Source: a virus. From it: DNA of 64,000 bases. Positions 44,156 through 53,722 of this stretch are shown here, piece after piece. A program made the position numbers and the translations under genes. The stretch lies in the IMG/VR virus record IMGVR_UViG_3300034418_007766, positions 1 through 64,000 of that record; one strand, given 5' to 3'. Each line of letters begins with the position of its first letter. Within the stretch, counting starts at the first letter, position 1. The notes beneath the pieces are model-generated. The model was given only the letters and a program-made list of their open reading frames with translations, was not told the origin of the DNA and searched no databases.

Positions 44156-46030
44156 TTAATTACTTATCACTGGTTTTGCTTTGCAACGCCAGTATCGACT
44201 TTTTCTATCCCAATGATAAGCCTTTTGATACCATAGGACTGGATCCATTTTTTCAGTGTCATGATGATCAATTTCTATAACATCATTATTTATACCCAAC
44301 ATATTTTGTGCCACTGCTTTTTTAACATTTACCTGTATTGGATATTGTGTATCTCTATCACGGGTCATTAACACATTAAGCTCTACAATGTCTTCTACAT
44401 GGTCTAAATCATAACAATCATTTAAAAATTGTATTAGATCTTTCTTATATTGCTCTTTGTTATCATGTAGCACACAACTACTTGCACCTTTATATTCCCA
44501 GTAAATATCGTCGTCTCCTAAAACTTTTCTGCCCCAAAGTTTTTGATTGTTATATGTATCAATATGATGTTGTTCTGTTAATCTATATTCTTTGTGCAAT
44601 AGTGTGTTTGGATTTTGCACAATCCAACTGCGCAAGTCTTCAAAGAAGTCTGTTTCACGAATGCCTTTAGTTGCAAGATATTTTGCTAGGTAATGTCCCC
44701 ATCCATAGTAATACATTAATATTGCAACCCAACTAAACATAAAGCCTTGTAACACAGTTTCCCAGTCTGCCGTTCTTGTGCTAACCACTGCACCTGTGTA
44801 TTCAAAGATATAATTTTCAATATCATCTTCACGCAAATAAAAAGTATCTAATGGTATTTCTTTTACACCCATGTCATAACGTTTTTGATATTCTGCATTA
44901 CCCATTGTAGCATTGTAAGTAATTACAAGTGGATGTATCATCAAGTAACTGTCTTGGCCTAAGTCTATTAGCTTTTGCACATTTTCTTTTAAACTGTCAT
45001 AGGTTTCTTCTGGCATTGGCCAAATAAGTTCACTATATGTAGGAATATCTTCTGCTTTATATTTTTCTAAATATTGTGCGACTTGATCGTCATTGATGTT
45101 AAAACGTTCACTTGCTGCCAGTGTTGGATCATTGAAACTTTGCATAGCAAATGTAACACCTTTGAAAATATTTACTGGCGCACGTTTGTTCATCATTGCT
45201 ATTTCAAAGTTTCTATCTACATTGTTTTTTGCCCATGTTGCATCAAACCATTTAGGATAACCATACTTTGCTTTGGTGTCTAAAACTATTTGAGTAAGTT
45301 CTACATCACGTTTAAGCAATCCCCAGTTGCTATCACATACACTTACATACTCTATTTTATTTTTGCCCATCCATTCTATTTCTTGACGACAGCGTTCCAT
45401 ATCAAACAGGGTTAATTTGTTCCAATAACTGTCTCCAATATCACAAAATGCACAGTGATACGGACAACCACGTAAACTTTCCCAAGTAACTTGCCAAAGT
45501 GTATCTTCTGGATACTTTGCCATAATAGGCTCGTAAAACCCTTCTAGTATAGGACTAGGAATATCTGCTACACTTTTTCTACGTATTGCAGGATTTGGCA
45601 TGTGTGTTCTTGTTTGGGTATGCACAATACAGTCATACTCGCCAAGTGGTCTAGCAAGTATTTCTTTCATGGCATCTTCACCTTCACCATGCACTGCTAC
45701 ATCAAAGTCAGGATATTTTTCAAAAAAGTTTTTATCTCTTTTATCAATCTGTGGTCCACCAGTAACAATAATACAATCTGGATGCAAGCTCTTTACTGCT
45801 TTTGCAAGTTGTAGATTATATTCCCAATTCCAAATATAACTACTCATGACAACCATTTTAGGATTTATCATTCTTAGTGCATATTCATTAGGCTTTGGTT
45901 TTTCAATCAAAACATCCATTAAGTTCCAATTGTCATTTTTTCCATAACACCATTGATATCCAACAGCAAGAGGTAAGAATTTATTAGGACCGTAGGCATC
46001 ACTTGCTTGAACTAAGTAAATGTTATTCAT
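44156..46030 (-). CDS. cobalamin-binding radical SAM protein
   Basis: N-terminal B12-binding domain (YIWN, GGP, GEGE); RGCPYHCAFC. Confidence 0.88.
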   Translation of the reverse strand: MNNIYLVQASDAYGPNKFLPLAVGYQWCYGKNDNWNLMDVLIEKPKPNEYALRMINPKMVVMSSYIWNWEYNLQLAKAVKSLHPDCIIVTGGPQIDKRDKNFFEKYPDFDVAVHGEGEDAMKEILARPLGEYDCIVHTQTRTHMPNPAIRRKSVADIPSPILEGFYEPIMAKYPEDTLWQVTWESLRGCPYHCAFCDIGDSYWNKLTLFDMERCRQEIEWMGKNKIEYVSVCDSNWGLLKRDVELTQIVLDTKAKYGYPKWFDATWAKNNVDRNFEIAMMNKRAPVNIFKGVTFAMQSFNDPTLAASERFNINDDQVAQYLEKYKAEDIPTYSELIWPMPEETYDSLKENVQKLIDLGQDSYLMIHPLVITYNATMGNAEYQKRYDMGVKEIPLDTFYLREDDIENYIFEYTGAVVSTRTADWETVLQGFMFSWVAILMYYYGWGHYLAKYLATKGIRETDFFEDLRSWIVQNPNTLLHKEYRLTEQHHIDTYNNQKLWGRKVLGDDDIYWEYKGASSCVLHDNKEQYKKDLIQFLNDCYDLDHVEDIVELNVLMTRDRDTQYPIQVNVKKAVAQNMLGINNDVIEIDHHDTEKMDPVLWYQKAYHWDRKSRYWRCKAKPVISN

Positions 46031-46584
46031 CTTAAAAACTCTCTCCAGTCGAGATTATATTTAATTGAATCTATACGATGCACGCCTATCAAATACAGCA
46101 CATAACTTGCTACACTTGATCCACGTCCTACACCCCATACAATGTTATTCTCACGCATAAAGTCTACAAGATAAACCATATAGCGTAGCAAGTCTGTCAT
46201 ACCACGATCTAAAAACGCTTTCCATTCTTCAGTAACTCGTTTCCATTCTTCAGTATGTCTAAGTTCGTCATTTGGTTCTACTTGTAAGTTCTCTGCAAGT
46301 TTTGCAAATAGATAAACTGTAATATCTAAGTTCTTGTATTCATCAGGCATAAACCATTCACTTTGACATACACCGTCAAAAGTCTTTTGATCTACATCCA
46401 GTGGAATATATTTTTGCAATGGACTCAAACCTTGCGCTTCCATTGCACTATTAAATTTTTCTATCTCGTCATTAGGATTACACAATACCACATGAATCTT
46501 GTCTGATTGACCTGAATAAATCATATCAATCAAGTCTCGATTTGTAAATCGTGGGATACCTAGTTCGTCTGTCTTCATTAGCAT
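46027..46584 (-). CDS. stand-alone DNA polymerase III alpha (DnaE) fragment
   Basis: RV.EE, VD.MRENNI.WGVGRGSSVASYVLYLIG; ends before the catalytic PDxD. Confidence 0.8.
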   Translation of the reverse strand: MLMKTDELGIPRFTNRDLIDMIYSGQSDKIHVVLCNPNDEIEKFNSAMEAQGLSPLQKYIPLDVDQKTFDGVCQSEWFMPDEYKNLDITVYLFAKLAENLQVEPNDELRHTEEWKRVTEEWKAFLDRGMTDLLRYMVYLVDFMRENNIVWGVGRGSSVASYVLYLIGVHRIDSIKYNLDWREFLR

Positions 46585-46593
46585 TAAGTAATA

Positions 46594-46821
46594 TTACGAT
46601 ACATTGATTAATTTGTCAAGATCGGATTTAGGTTCTTCTATGCTTTTCTTTTGCTGTAATCTACGTTCTTCGAGCTCAAGTTTGTATGTGTCTAATAATA
46701 ATATCATTTGTTGACGCACATGGGCATCGTTCGTCATAAAATACATGCCATTTAATTTAAGAATTTTCTTTTCTAACTCTTGGTTAGATAGTTCGCTTAA
46801 AGATTTAGCATTTGGGTGCAT
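46594..46821 (-). CDS. hypothetical coiled-coil protein
   Basis: 75 aa ORF. Confidence 0.65.
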   Translation of the reverse strand: MHPNAKSLSELSNQELEKKILKLNGMYFMTNDAHVRQQMILLLDTYKLELEERRLQQKKSIEEPKSDLDKLINVS

Positions 46822-46830
46822 ATGATATCC

Positions 46831-47442
46831 TTATGGAATAGATGTAAAACGATCAACGTAGTCAAAGAATAGGGTATTACCAGAATCGTATGTGAACACA
46901 TCAACAATAGTTTTTTCACCTATATTTCCGCTAAGTGTTAATATGCTTGTACCATTCCAAGTATCTACATTAGTCCTATCATTAAGTTTCGCATCGCCTG
47001 CTCCTGCACTAAGAGTAATTTGGGTATCATTATTGCCTGGATTATCGACACTCATAATCAACCTGAGGCTTGCATATCTGTCAGTAGGCCAGCCTGTAAA
47101 AGTCACTGTAGCTATATTACCTGGACTACCAAAATCCCAATTTATAACGTGAACATGTGCATCTCTATAGTCAACTTCGTGGTCGCCAGTTAATGTATTG
47201 AATGCTTTGTTGAATTTTGGAGTCACTTGAAGTAGTTCAGCATTTTGTATTTCGTTACCAGAATGATCGTTGTCTGCATCAATACGTGCTCTGTTTGCTT
47301 GCAATGTTGTAATTTCTGTGCCTGCTGTTGTCAAGTTCGTTTTGATACTAGCAAAGTTATCGCGGAATCCCTGGCTATCATTATCAATACCAGCTACCGG
47401 ATAATTTTCATCTATTGTTGTTGTATTAATGTTACTTGCCAT
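46831..47442 (-). CDS. virion structural protein (tail/baseplate associated)
   Basis: YPVAG.DNDSQGFRDNF N-terminus, beta-rich C-terminus; TAAATA at 47462..47467 upstream. Confidence 0.6.
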   Translation of the reverse strand: MASNINTTTIDENYPVAGIDNDSQGFRDNFASIKTNLTTAGTEITTLQANRARIDADNDHSGNEIQNAELLQVTPKFNKAFNTLTGDHEVDYRDAHVHVINWDFGSPGNIATVTFTGWPTDRYASLRLIMSVDNPGNNDTQITLSAGAGDAKLNDRTNVDTWNGTSILTLSGNIGEKTIVDVFTYDSGNTLFFDYVDRFTSIP

Positions 47443-47473
47443 TTGTTTTCCTTTGTTATACTATTTATTCCAT

Positions 47474-50400
47474 TCAACTGTTAAATTGATAATTACCGAA
47501 CACAATATATTGATCATTATTGCTTTCATTTGTTGCGTTAATTATATACCTATCTATGTCGTAATTAATTTGATTAAAATCAAAATTTTGTTCGTTGCTT
47601 TTCAAATAATTTTTTACATTTGCTAATATTTGGTCGCCTTGGCCTGGTTTAGTATAGGCAAGTGGTATTGCAAAAGTATAGCCTAATTCTTTCAAGCTAC
47701 CTTTTTGTGCAGTTTGCATCCAAAGCGGCAAGAAATCCTTACTGCTTTCTCCTATATTGGAAATATTAGTCCTCATTTTTTCAATATTGCTTATGTAAGT
47801 TTTTCTGTCTTCAGCTTCGCTCACACTTATAGCATTACTATCGATAGTGATTGTAGTCCAATCTGGTCTTAGACGCCAAGTCTCTTCCAATCCGTCAATT
47901 GTAGTTGTGCTTGCGATTGTTATACCTACATTGCTTCCTGAACGAGAACCTACTTGCAAAATGCCAACAGCTGGAATATTTACAGTGCCGCCACCTCTTT
48001 TTACAACTTTTAGCTGCCCCGATCTCAAATCAATTTTAAAAACTGTGTTGTCTTTTTTTGTAATTGCTAAATCAACACCGCCTGCACCTCCACCATACTC
48101 GTCATCAATTGGCTCAAACCTTACACTATCTACAGTGATTTTTTTGCCCCCGTTAGGAGATAAGAAACTATCTCTTGTTTCTCCTTTAGATGGTAGTGCA
48201 GGATCTACTAATTCTATATAAATTACTTCGTAAATTTCTTCTTGGGTTCCTACTGTTTTTGCAGTGGCTTTTTTTACATCGCCAAAATTAAATTTCTTTC
48301 TTTTAACCCCTTTAACACTTGCACTAACATAATTAGACAAGTTTTTTTGTTCTATTCCTGCAAACACCAAACTACGTAGCTCTTTTTGCACACCAAATTC
48401 AGGATCACTTGGTCTATATAAACTTACTGGATCAAACACTGTAGTATTGTTTAGGAAATTATTGATTTTACTGCGTTGAGATGTAGGTAAAAATGGTTTC
48501 ATGTATATATTACTATACAGATTTGTATCAGTAGTATCTATCTTAATTGTGAATTCTTGTGTTATATTTGTATTTGCAAATCTATCTCTTGCTAAAACTG
48601 TAAATTTGAATGTTCTATCAAAACTTTGTGTATTACCATCAAAGGTTGTATTAGCATTATCGATTTGTGTTAAACCAAGAGCAGATAAACTACCTACACT
48701 TGGAAATCTTCCAGTTATTTCTCCGGTTGATTTTAATGTCATGCCAAACGGTAAAGCACCTGATAATACACTGTATGTTAACACTGCATTTGCATATGTA
48801 GATTTTGCTTTAACAGCAAATACACTATCTCTATTAGGTTTAATAGTGCCTAATTGTGCAGGAGATTCCCAACTCAAGACACTGTCAATTTCACCTAATG
48901 TTTGTATTTTAAACGTTTTTATTTTTTCTAGTAAATTACTTTCGTCTCTTGCAAAATCTTTTTGGAAAGAAAGTCCTCTAATTACTCCAAGGCTTATGTT
49001 TCTTCCTATATTAAAAGTTCTGATAAGAGTTGTGCTCAATCCTATTCTTTGATATTGATTATTTTTTACAATATTAACAGTAGCACTATCAGCTGTATGG
49101 AAAAGGTCTTTAACATAAGCTGAACTACTTGTATTTGCTGTAAGAGGAATAGTAAGTGTTACTGTATGTATACCTGCACTACCGCTAATTGTGGTGATAT
49201 AAGCTGGAAGGTCCCCTACATCTAAAAATTGTTCTAATATACCAACTATGCCTGGACCGCCTGCAGTGCCTGTGGTGTTGGTATTTAATTCAAGACTATT
49301 AGTGATATCAACACTAACTGTGTATTTTACATAATCTGCAATACTGGTAATGTTATATTTTTCTGTATCGCTAAAGATCAAGTCTTGTCCATTGTAAAAC
49401 AACTGATCAGCTGTGCTCAAAGTTTCTACAAAGAAATAATCTGCAGAAGGTAGTGTTGATTCTTTGACAACTAACGGTTCATGTTTGTAATATCTATCAA
49501 GTCCTCTATCTAACGTTATTGTATCGTAATCTGGGGAAAGACTACTAACACTAGTTATTGTATAATTTCTACCTTCAATTTCAACATCTTGGTCAACAAG
49601 TGCAGCCAAGTCGTCAATACCATCAATAAGTGTGTCATCTAATTTTGCAATTTTTATAGTTTGTGTGCCACTTAGTGTATCCTCATAATATGTTCCAAAT
49701 ACAGTAACAATACCAGTATCTTCGTTGTATCTAATAGCACCGATTGTAAATTTATAATCTTTTGTGACAGCAGGTTGATATGGAATAATACCAGCAAGCT
49801 CGCCTGTTGCAGGATCTAAGTCTAATCCTGGAGGTAGCTCACTGACACTTTCTGCTTCTACAACTTCAAATTCAGCTGTAGTGATAGGATCAGGTGCAAA
49901 AAATTCGTCTAAACTGTTTGGTCCTCTTTTTGCAATAGGAAAATAAGGAAGTGCACCACTTAATTCATAATACCCAGTTGTGATTTCTCCTGTTGATTTT
50001 AATTTATACACACCAGGATTTCTTTGTTTTTTACTATAATAAAGAGCGCCACTTACATCAGGTTGCGCCACTGTTTCTAGAAATATAGTTTGATAGTTGT
50101 TTGCTCTACGCTTACCAAGATCTTCAGGAGTGATCCAAATTGGTAATCTTTCAAAAGTAATGTCCGCTGTAAACACACCATTACTAACCTGCATAATGGT
50201 GTTGTCAGCTCTTGTAAAATCATCACCAACAACATAAATTGTAAATTGTCTTTGTTTTGTAGCGTAACCATCAGAAACAGTTACTACAAACGTATAACGT
50301 CTATTTAACTTTCTTGGAGGACGCACAAGGTCCAAGTTACTTACATCTACATCACCATAATAATAACTGTTTATTCTATCATCAGATGCTGCGCCCCAGT

Positions 50401-50983
50401 CAAACACATTGGTTCCGTATCTGCCTGCGTCATATCCTAAAACTATTTCATTGATATCTAATGCACGTAATGGATCAACAATACCAGTTATTTTTCCTGT
50501 AGAAGACATACTCAGCCCAGGTGGTAATGTGCTTTCACCTTGACTGCTGCCATCTCCTAAAATAAACTCCAATGGCTCCTCGCCTGCTGTGGTATCAAGA
50601 TCGTATGCCTCAAGTTGAAAATCAATAGGAGTGCTATCCAAAACAAAATACACACCATTTGGGCCTACAGGAAGATCTCCTGCTGGAGTGACCCAAACAG
50701 GTTCATCGTAACCATCAACAGTCAAAGTTAACGTTCTGTCTGCAATACCGTCGCTGTTTGTTGCTCTAATGCAAAATACATTTCTTACAATTTGCTTGAC
50801 ATTATAAGGCGTTCCTACAATCTGTGTTCCAGAAATTCTAAGACCGTCTGGCAAAGCACCACTAATTACTTTGGCTGTTACACCATTAGTGTCTACTAAA
50901 GGTAAATCGATTGCAATAGTTTCACGTTCTTGTAGGATACCTAGACTGGTATTATTAATTACGCTCCATTGTGGTGCAGCCAT
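47474..50983 (-). CDS. baseplate/structural protein with Ig-like repeats
   Basis: Repeated G.LP.GL....G.I.G.P Ig-type motifs; 1169 aa in the structural block. Confidence 0.7.
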   Translation of the reverse strand: MAAPQWSVINNTSLGILQERETIAIDLPLVDTNGVTAKVISGALPDGLRISGTQIVGTPYNVKQIVRNVFCIRATNSDGIADRTLTLTVDGYDEPVWVTPAGDLPVGPNGVYFVLDSTPIDFQLEAYDLDTTAGEEPLEFILGDGSSQGESTLPPGLSMSSTGKITGIVDPLRALDINEIVLGYDAGRYGTNVFDWGAASDDRINSYYYGDVDVSNLDLVRPPRKLNRRYTFVVTVSDGYATKQRQFTIYVVGDDFTRADNTIMQVSNGVFTADITFERLPIWITPEDLGKRRANNYQTIFLETVAQPDVSGALYYSKKQRNPGVYKLKSTGEITTGYYELSGALPYFPIAKRGPNSLDEFFAPDPITTAEFEVVEAESVSELPPGLDLDPATGELAGIIPYQPAVTKDYKFTIGAIRYNEDTGIVTVFGTYYEDTLSGTQTIKIAKLDDTLIDGIDDLAALVDQDVEIEGRNYTITSVSSLSPDYDTITLDRGLDRYYKHEPLVVKESTLPSADYFFVETLSTADQLFYNGQDLIFSDTEKYNITSIADYVKYTVSVDITNSLELNTNTTGTAGGPGIVGILEQFLDVGDLPAYITTISGSAGIHTVTLTIPLTANTSSSAYVKDLFHTADSATVNIVKNNQYQRIGLSTTLIRTFNIGRNISLGVIRGLSFQKDFARDESNLLEKIKTFKIQTLGEIDSVLSWESPAQLGTIKPNRDSVFAVKAKSTYANAVLTYSVLSGALPFGMTLKSTGEITGRFPSVGSLSALGLTQIDNANTTFDGNTQSFDRTFKFTVLARDRFANTNITQEFTIKIDTTDTNLYSNIYMKPFLPTSQRSKINNFLNNTTVFDPVSLYRPSDPEFGVQKELRSLVFAGIEQKNLSNYVSASVKGVKRKKFNFGDVKKATAKTVGTQEEIYEVIYIELVDPALPSKGETRDSFLSPNGGKKITVDSVRFEPIDDEYGGGAGGVDLAITKKDNTVFKIDLRSGQLKVVKRGGGTVNIPAVGILQVGSRSGSNVGITIASTTTIDGLEETWRLRPDWTTITIDSNAISVSEAEDRKTYISNIEKMRTNISNIGESSKDFLPLWMQTAQKGSLKELGYTFAIPLAYTKPGQGDQILANVKNYLKSNEQNFDFNQINYDIDRYIINATNESNNDQYIVFGNYQFNS

Positions 50984-50992
50984 CTGCCCTCC

Positions 50993-51742
50993 TTAAATTG
51001 CTCCTAGATCTATGCTACCAATAGATGGCGAATTAAAAGTTCCTAAATCAACAGTAGATGTTCCTAAAATAAATTGAAGTATACCGGTGTAGGTATTATC
51101 AACACCCCCAAAATCAAATGTTAAAAATTTGCCCAAGTTATTTTCGTAGTCAACTGTGTCAGTGCCTTTGCTTTTGATATTTGTTGGAACAAGTGTGCCT
51201 ATAGTCCCTGTAGTAGATACAGTAAGAGTTCCAGTCAAAGAACTAGTTGCACTAAAGTTATTTACACCGGTAATATTTTGGCTATTGGCATCTAGTCCTG
51301 CTACAAGTCTAGGGCTTTGGTCTCTTTCTAATCCTGCATCAATAATAATTTGTGGATTTGGACTAGCATTATTATCAGATCTAGTCTCTACGCCGTCTCC
51401 GCCATATAGTGCCCATGCTGCTCCATTGCCTACTGTAATACTACCTGTGTCACTAATAATTGGATTAGACTGATCTGGCACTGTTCCGTCTAGCACAATG
51501 GTGCTATCAAGTTCTGTAACATTTATATTTGTTCCACCAACTATTGTTCTAAATCTCAAAGTATTGCTAGTTACATCTGCTAAAACTTTTCCTCCAGAAC
51601 TTCCAAGGTTAACCCCTGCAGGACCTTGTGCTAAATTCAATGCGTTAAAGTTTGCGTTAACTTTTACAAATGCTTCACGTAAATCATCGCCTGTTCCGTC
51701 ATTTGCTGCTGATCCTATGTTAATTGTTTGTATATCTGCCAT
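50993..51742 (-). CDS. baseplate/tail-fibre attachment protein (T4 gp9/gp10-like N-terminus)
   Basis: INIGSAANDGTGDDLREAFVKVNANF. Confidence 0.7.
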   Translation of the reverse strand: MADIQTINIGSAANDGTGDDLREAFVKVNANFNALNLAQGPAGVNLGSSGGKVLADVTSNTLRFRTIVGGTNINVTELDSTIVLDGTVPDQSNPIISDTGSITVGNGAAWALYGGDGVETRSDNNASPNPQIIIDAGLERDQSPRLVAGLDANSQNITGVNNFSATSSLTGTLTVSTTGTIGTLVPTNIKSKGTDTVDYENNLGKFLTFDFGGVDNTYTGILQFILGTSTVDLGTFNSPSIGSIDLGAI

Positions 51743-51753
51743 TTATATCTCCA

Positions 51754-53382
51754 TTATGCTTCAGCCATTGCCGACCATGCGCCGTTTATGAATACCATTA
51801 GTGCTTGAGATCCATCCCCAAGAGGATCCCAAGATGTTCCATCAGCAATCGCCAGCATACCTGGATATGTATCATCATTATTAGGCTGTCCGCCAATTGG
51901 TGGAACTATTGTTAACCAACCGCCTGTAACAGTTCCTGTTCCACCTGCATTAACAAAGTCTCTACCACCGTCATAAAGTTGATGGTAACCATGTGTGCTG
52001 TTATACATGAAAGTGCCTGTGACCGGGGATGATGGTCTGTCACCGTCTGCTGCGCCTCCAGAGGGTGCTAATTGCACATAATCGGATGTCATTATCACAC
52101 CAGTAGAATTTAAAGTAATAGTGCTTCCTGTGGCGTTAATAGTTACCGTTGATGTTGATGAGAGTGTTGTAGAATTAATTGTGGTTGCATATACGTTCGC
52201 ATAAGGATTACCACTATTGCCAATATTTATAGTTCCACTGCTTGGCACCAAACTAGATTGAACTGATATAGTTCCTGCACTGTTAAGTATTAGATTACTA
52301 ACACCACCTACTGTCAAATCAAGTCCAGCCTGTCCGTCAATAGTTGTAGCAGTTGTATGGTTAAAATTAATACCACCAGTTGACAATTGTATATCAGTGG
52401 CAGTTACTCTACCACTACTTGTAAAAGCACCAGCTTGAAAACTCAGTGTAGTTGTTGAACCGATTGTTAAAACATCATCCAATGAACCAACACTTGTGAT
52501 GTATCCATCTGGGTTTGCTGCATCATATGGCGTAAATCCTAATGCGTCTGTAACATTTCCAGAGTTAATAGCTGTTAAAAATCCTAAGCTGTTGGCTGCG
52601 CCATCATAAGGTGTGTATCCTAATGCACCTGTAACATCGCCACTGGTAATACTGGTAAGAAAACCCAACGGATTAGAAGCATCATAAGGTGTATAACCTA
52701 ACGCATCTGTGATACCTACTGAGTTATTGATATATCCATCTGGGTTGGTTGAGTTGTATGGTGTAAATCCTAAAGCACCAGTGACCTGTGCAGATGTCAA
52801 ACCATTTAAAATACTGGCTGTTGAAATTGTAGCAAGATTTGTTTCTGTTGCATTTACGACTACAATTTGTTCCGCTTTACCATCAAAAGTAAATGCATCT
52901 GATAAACTTTCAAATGTTCCACCTACAAGCAAATTTGTGTTATCAGTTAGATCACTAATATCAGTTGGAATTATACCATCATTATCGCCAAGTTGATTAA
53001 TATCAGATGGAATAACCGGTGTGTTAAACAAATCATTGTAGTCACCACTAAATCCACCGCCTAACAATCCATCAGTATCATTCAATTGGTTAACATCAAT
53101 AGGAATAAATGGTTGGTTTAACAAGTCGTTAAAATCAATAGACTCCAACAAGTTTGTTCCGCCAACTGTATATGTAAGTGCTTCTACGTTTCCACTTACA
53201 GTAGCATTTGTGGCAAGTAATAATGGTGTTGTAACACTGCCACCTGCGGTAATAGTGCTTGTTGTTGTAATACTAGTCAATCCAGTGATGTTATTGCCTG
53301 TTAAATCTAAGTCATCACCAACGGGCAACTCTCTAAGTTGACTGTTATCTTCATCTAATACTAGTGGAATTCTACTTGCCAT
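51754..53382 (-). CDS. tail fibre-like protein with internal repeats
   Basis: G/T/S-rich; four ALG(F/Y)TPY repeats; TAAATA at 53408..53413 upstream. Confidence 0.7.
   Translation of the reverse strand: MASRIPLVLDEDNSQLRELPVGDDLDLTGNNITGLTSITTTSTITAGGSVTTPLLLATNATVSGNVEALTYTVGGTNLLESIDFNDLLNQPFIPIDVNQLNDTDGLLGGGFSGDYNDLFNTPVIPSDINQLGDNDGIIPTDISDLTDNTNLLVGGTFESLSDAFTFDGKAEQIVVVNATETNLATISTASILNGLTSAQVTGALGFTPYNSTNPDGYINNSVGITDALGYTPYDASNPLGFLTSITSGDVTGALGYTPYDGAANSLGFLTAINSGNVTDALGFTPYDAANPDGYITSVGSLDDVLTIGSTTTLSFQAGAFTSSGRVTATDIQLSTGGINFNHTTATTIDGQAGLDLTVGGVSNLILNSAGTISVQSSLVPSSGTINIGNSGNPYANVYATTINSTTLSSTSTVTINATGSTITLNSTGVIMTSDYVQLAPSGGAADGDRPSSPVTGTFMYNSTHGYHQLYDGGRDFVNAGGTGTVTGGWLTIVPPIGGQPNNDDTYPGMLAIADGTSWDPLGDGSQALMVFINGAWSAMAEA
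52490..52790 (-). repeat. four coding tandem repeats of about 25-27 aa, (V/I)T(G/D)ALG(F/Y)TPY...N..G(Y/F)
   Basis: Visible in the translation of 51754..53382; boundaries approximate. Confidence 0.8.
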
Positions 53383-53422
53383 TCTCGTGTCCTTGTATTG
53401 TTATACATATTTATCGCATTAA

Positions 53423-53722
53423 TTATAATGCTGCTATTCGTGCTTGGAAGTCTGCAAAATCTGTTGCTGCTGCTACTTCTGTTTTGAGTGTTGCTAAACT
53501 TACATAACCCGGAATAACACCATTTACAGCATCTACTAATAATGTACTATCATCAGCAAACACACTGCCTTTGATATCTGTTACAACATTACCATCAGCT
53601 AATGCTGCAATATCAGTATATACTTCTGTAAAGTTTTCATTGACTTTGGTAAAGGCTACACGTAGTGGATCTCCGTCGCCGCTGTTATCATTTGTGCCTG
53701 TGTTTATAATTAACTGTGTCAT
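53423..53722 (-). CDS. small structural protein with gp9/gp10-like N-terminus
   Basis: INTGTNDNSGDGDPLRVAFTKVNENF; DIKGSVFADDSTLLVD. Confidence 0.65.
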   Translation of the reverse strand: MTQLIINTGTNDNSGDGDPLRVAFTKVNENFTEVYTDIAALADGNVVTDIKGSVFADDSTLLVDAVNGVIPGYVSLATLKTEVAAATDFADFQARIAAL

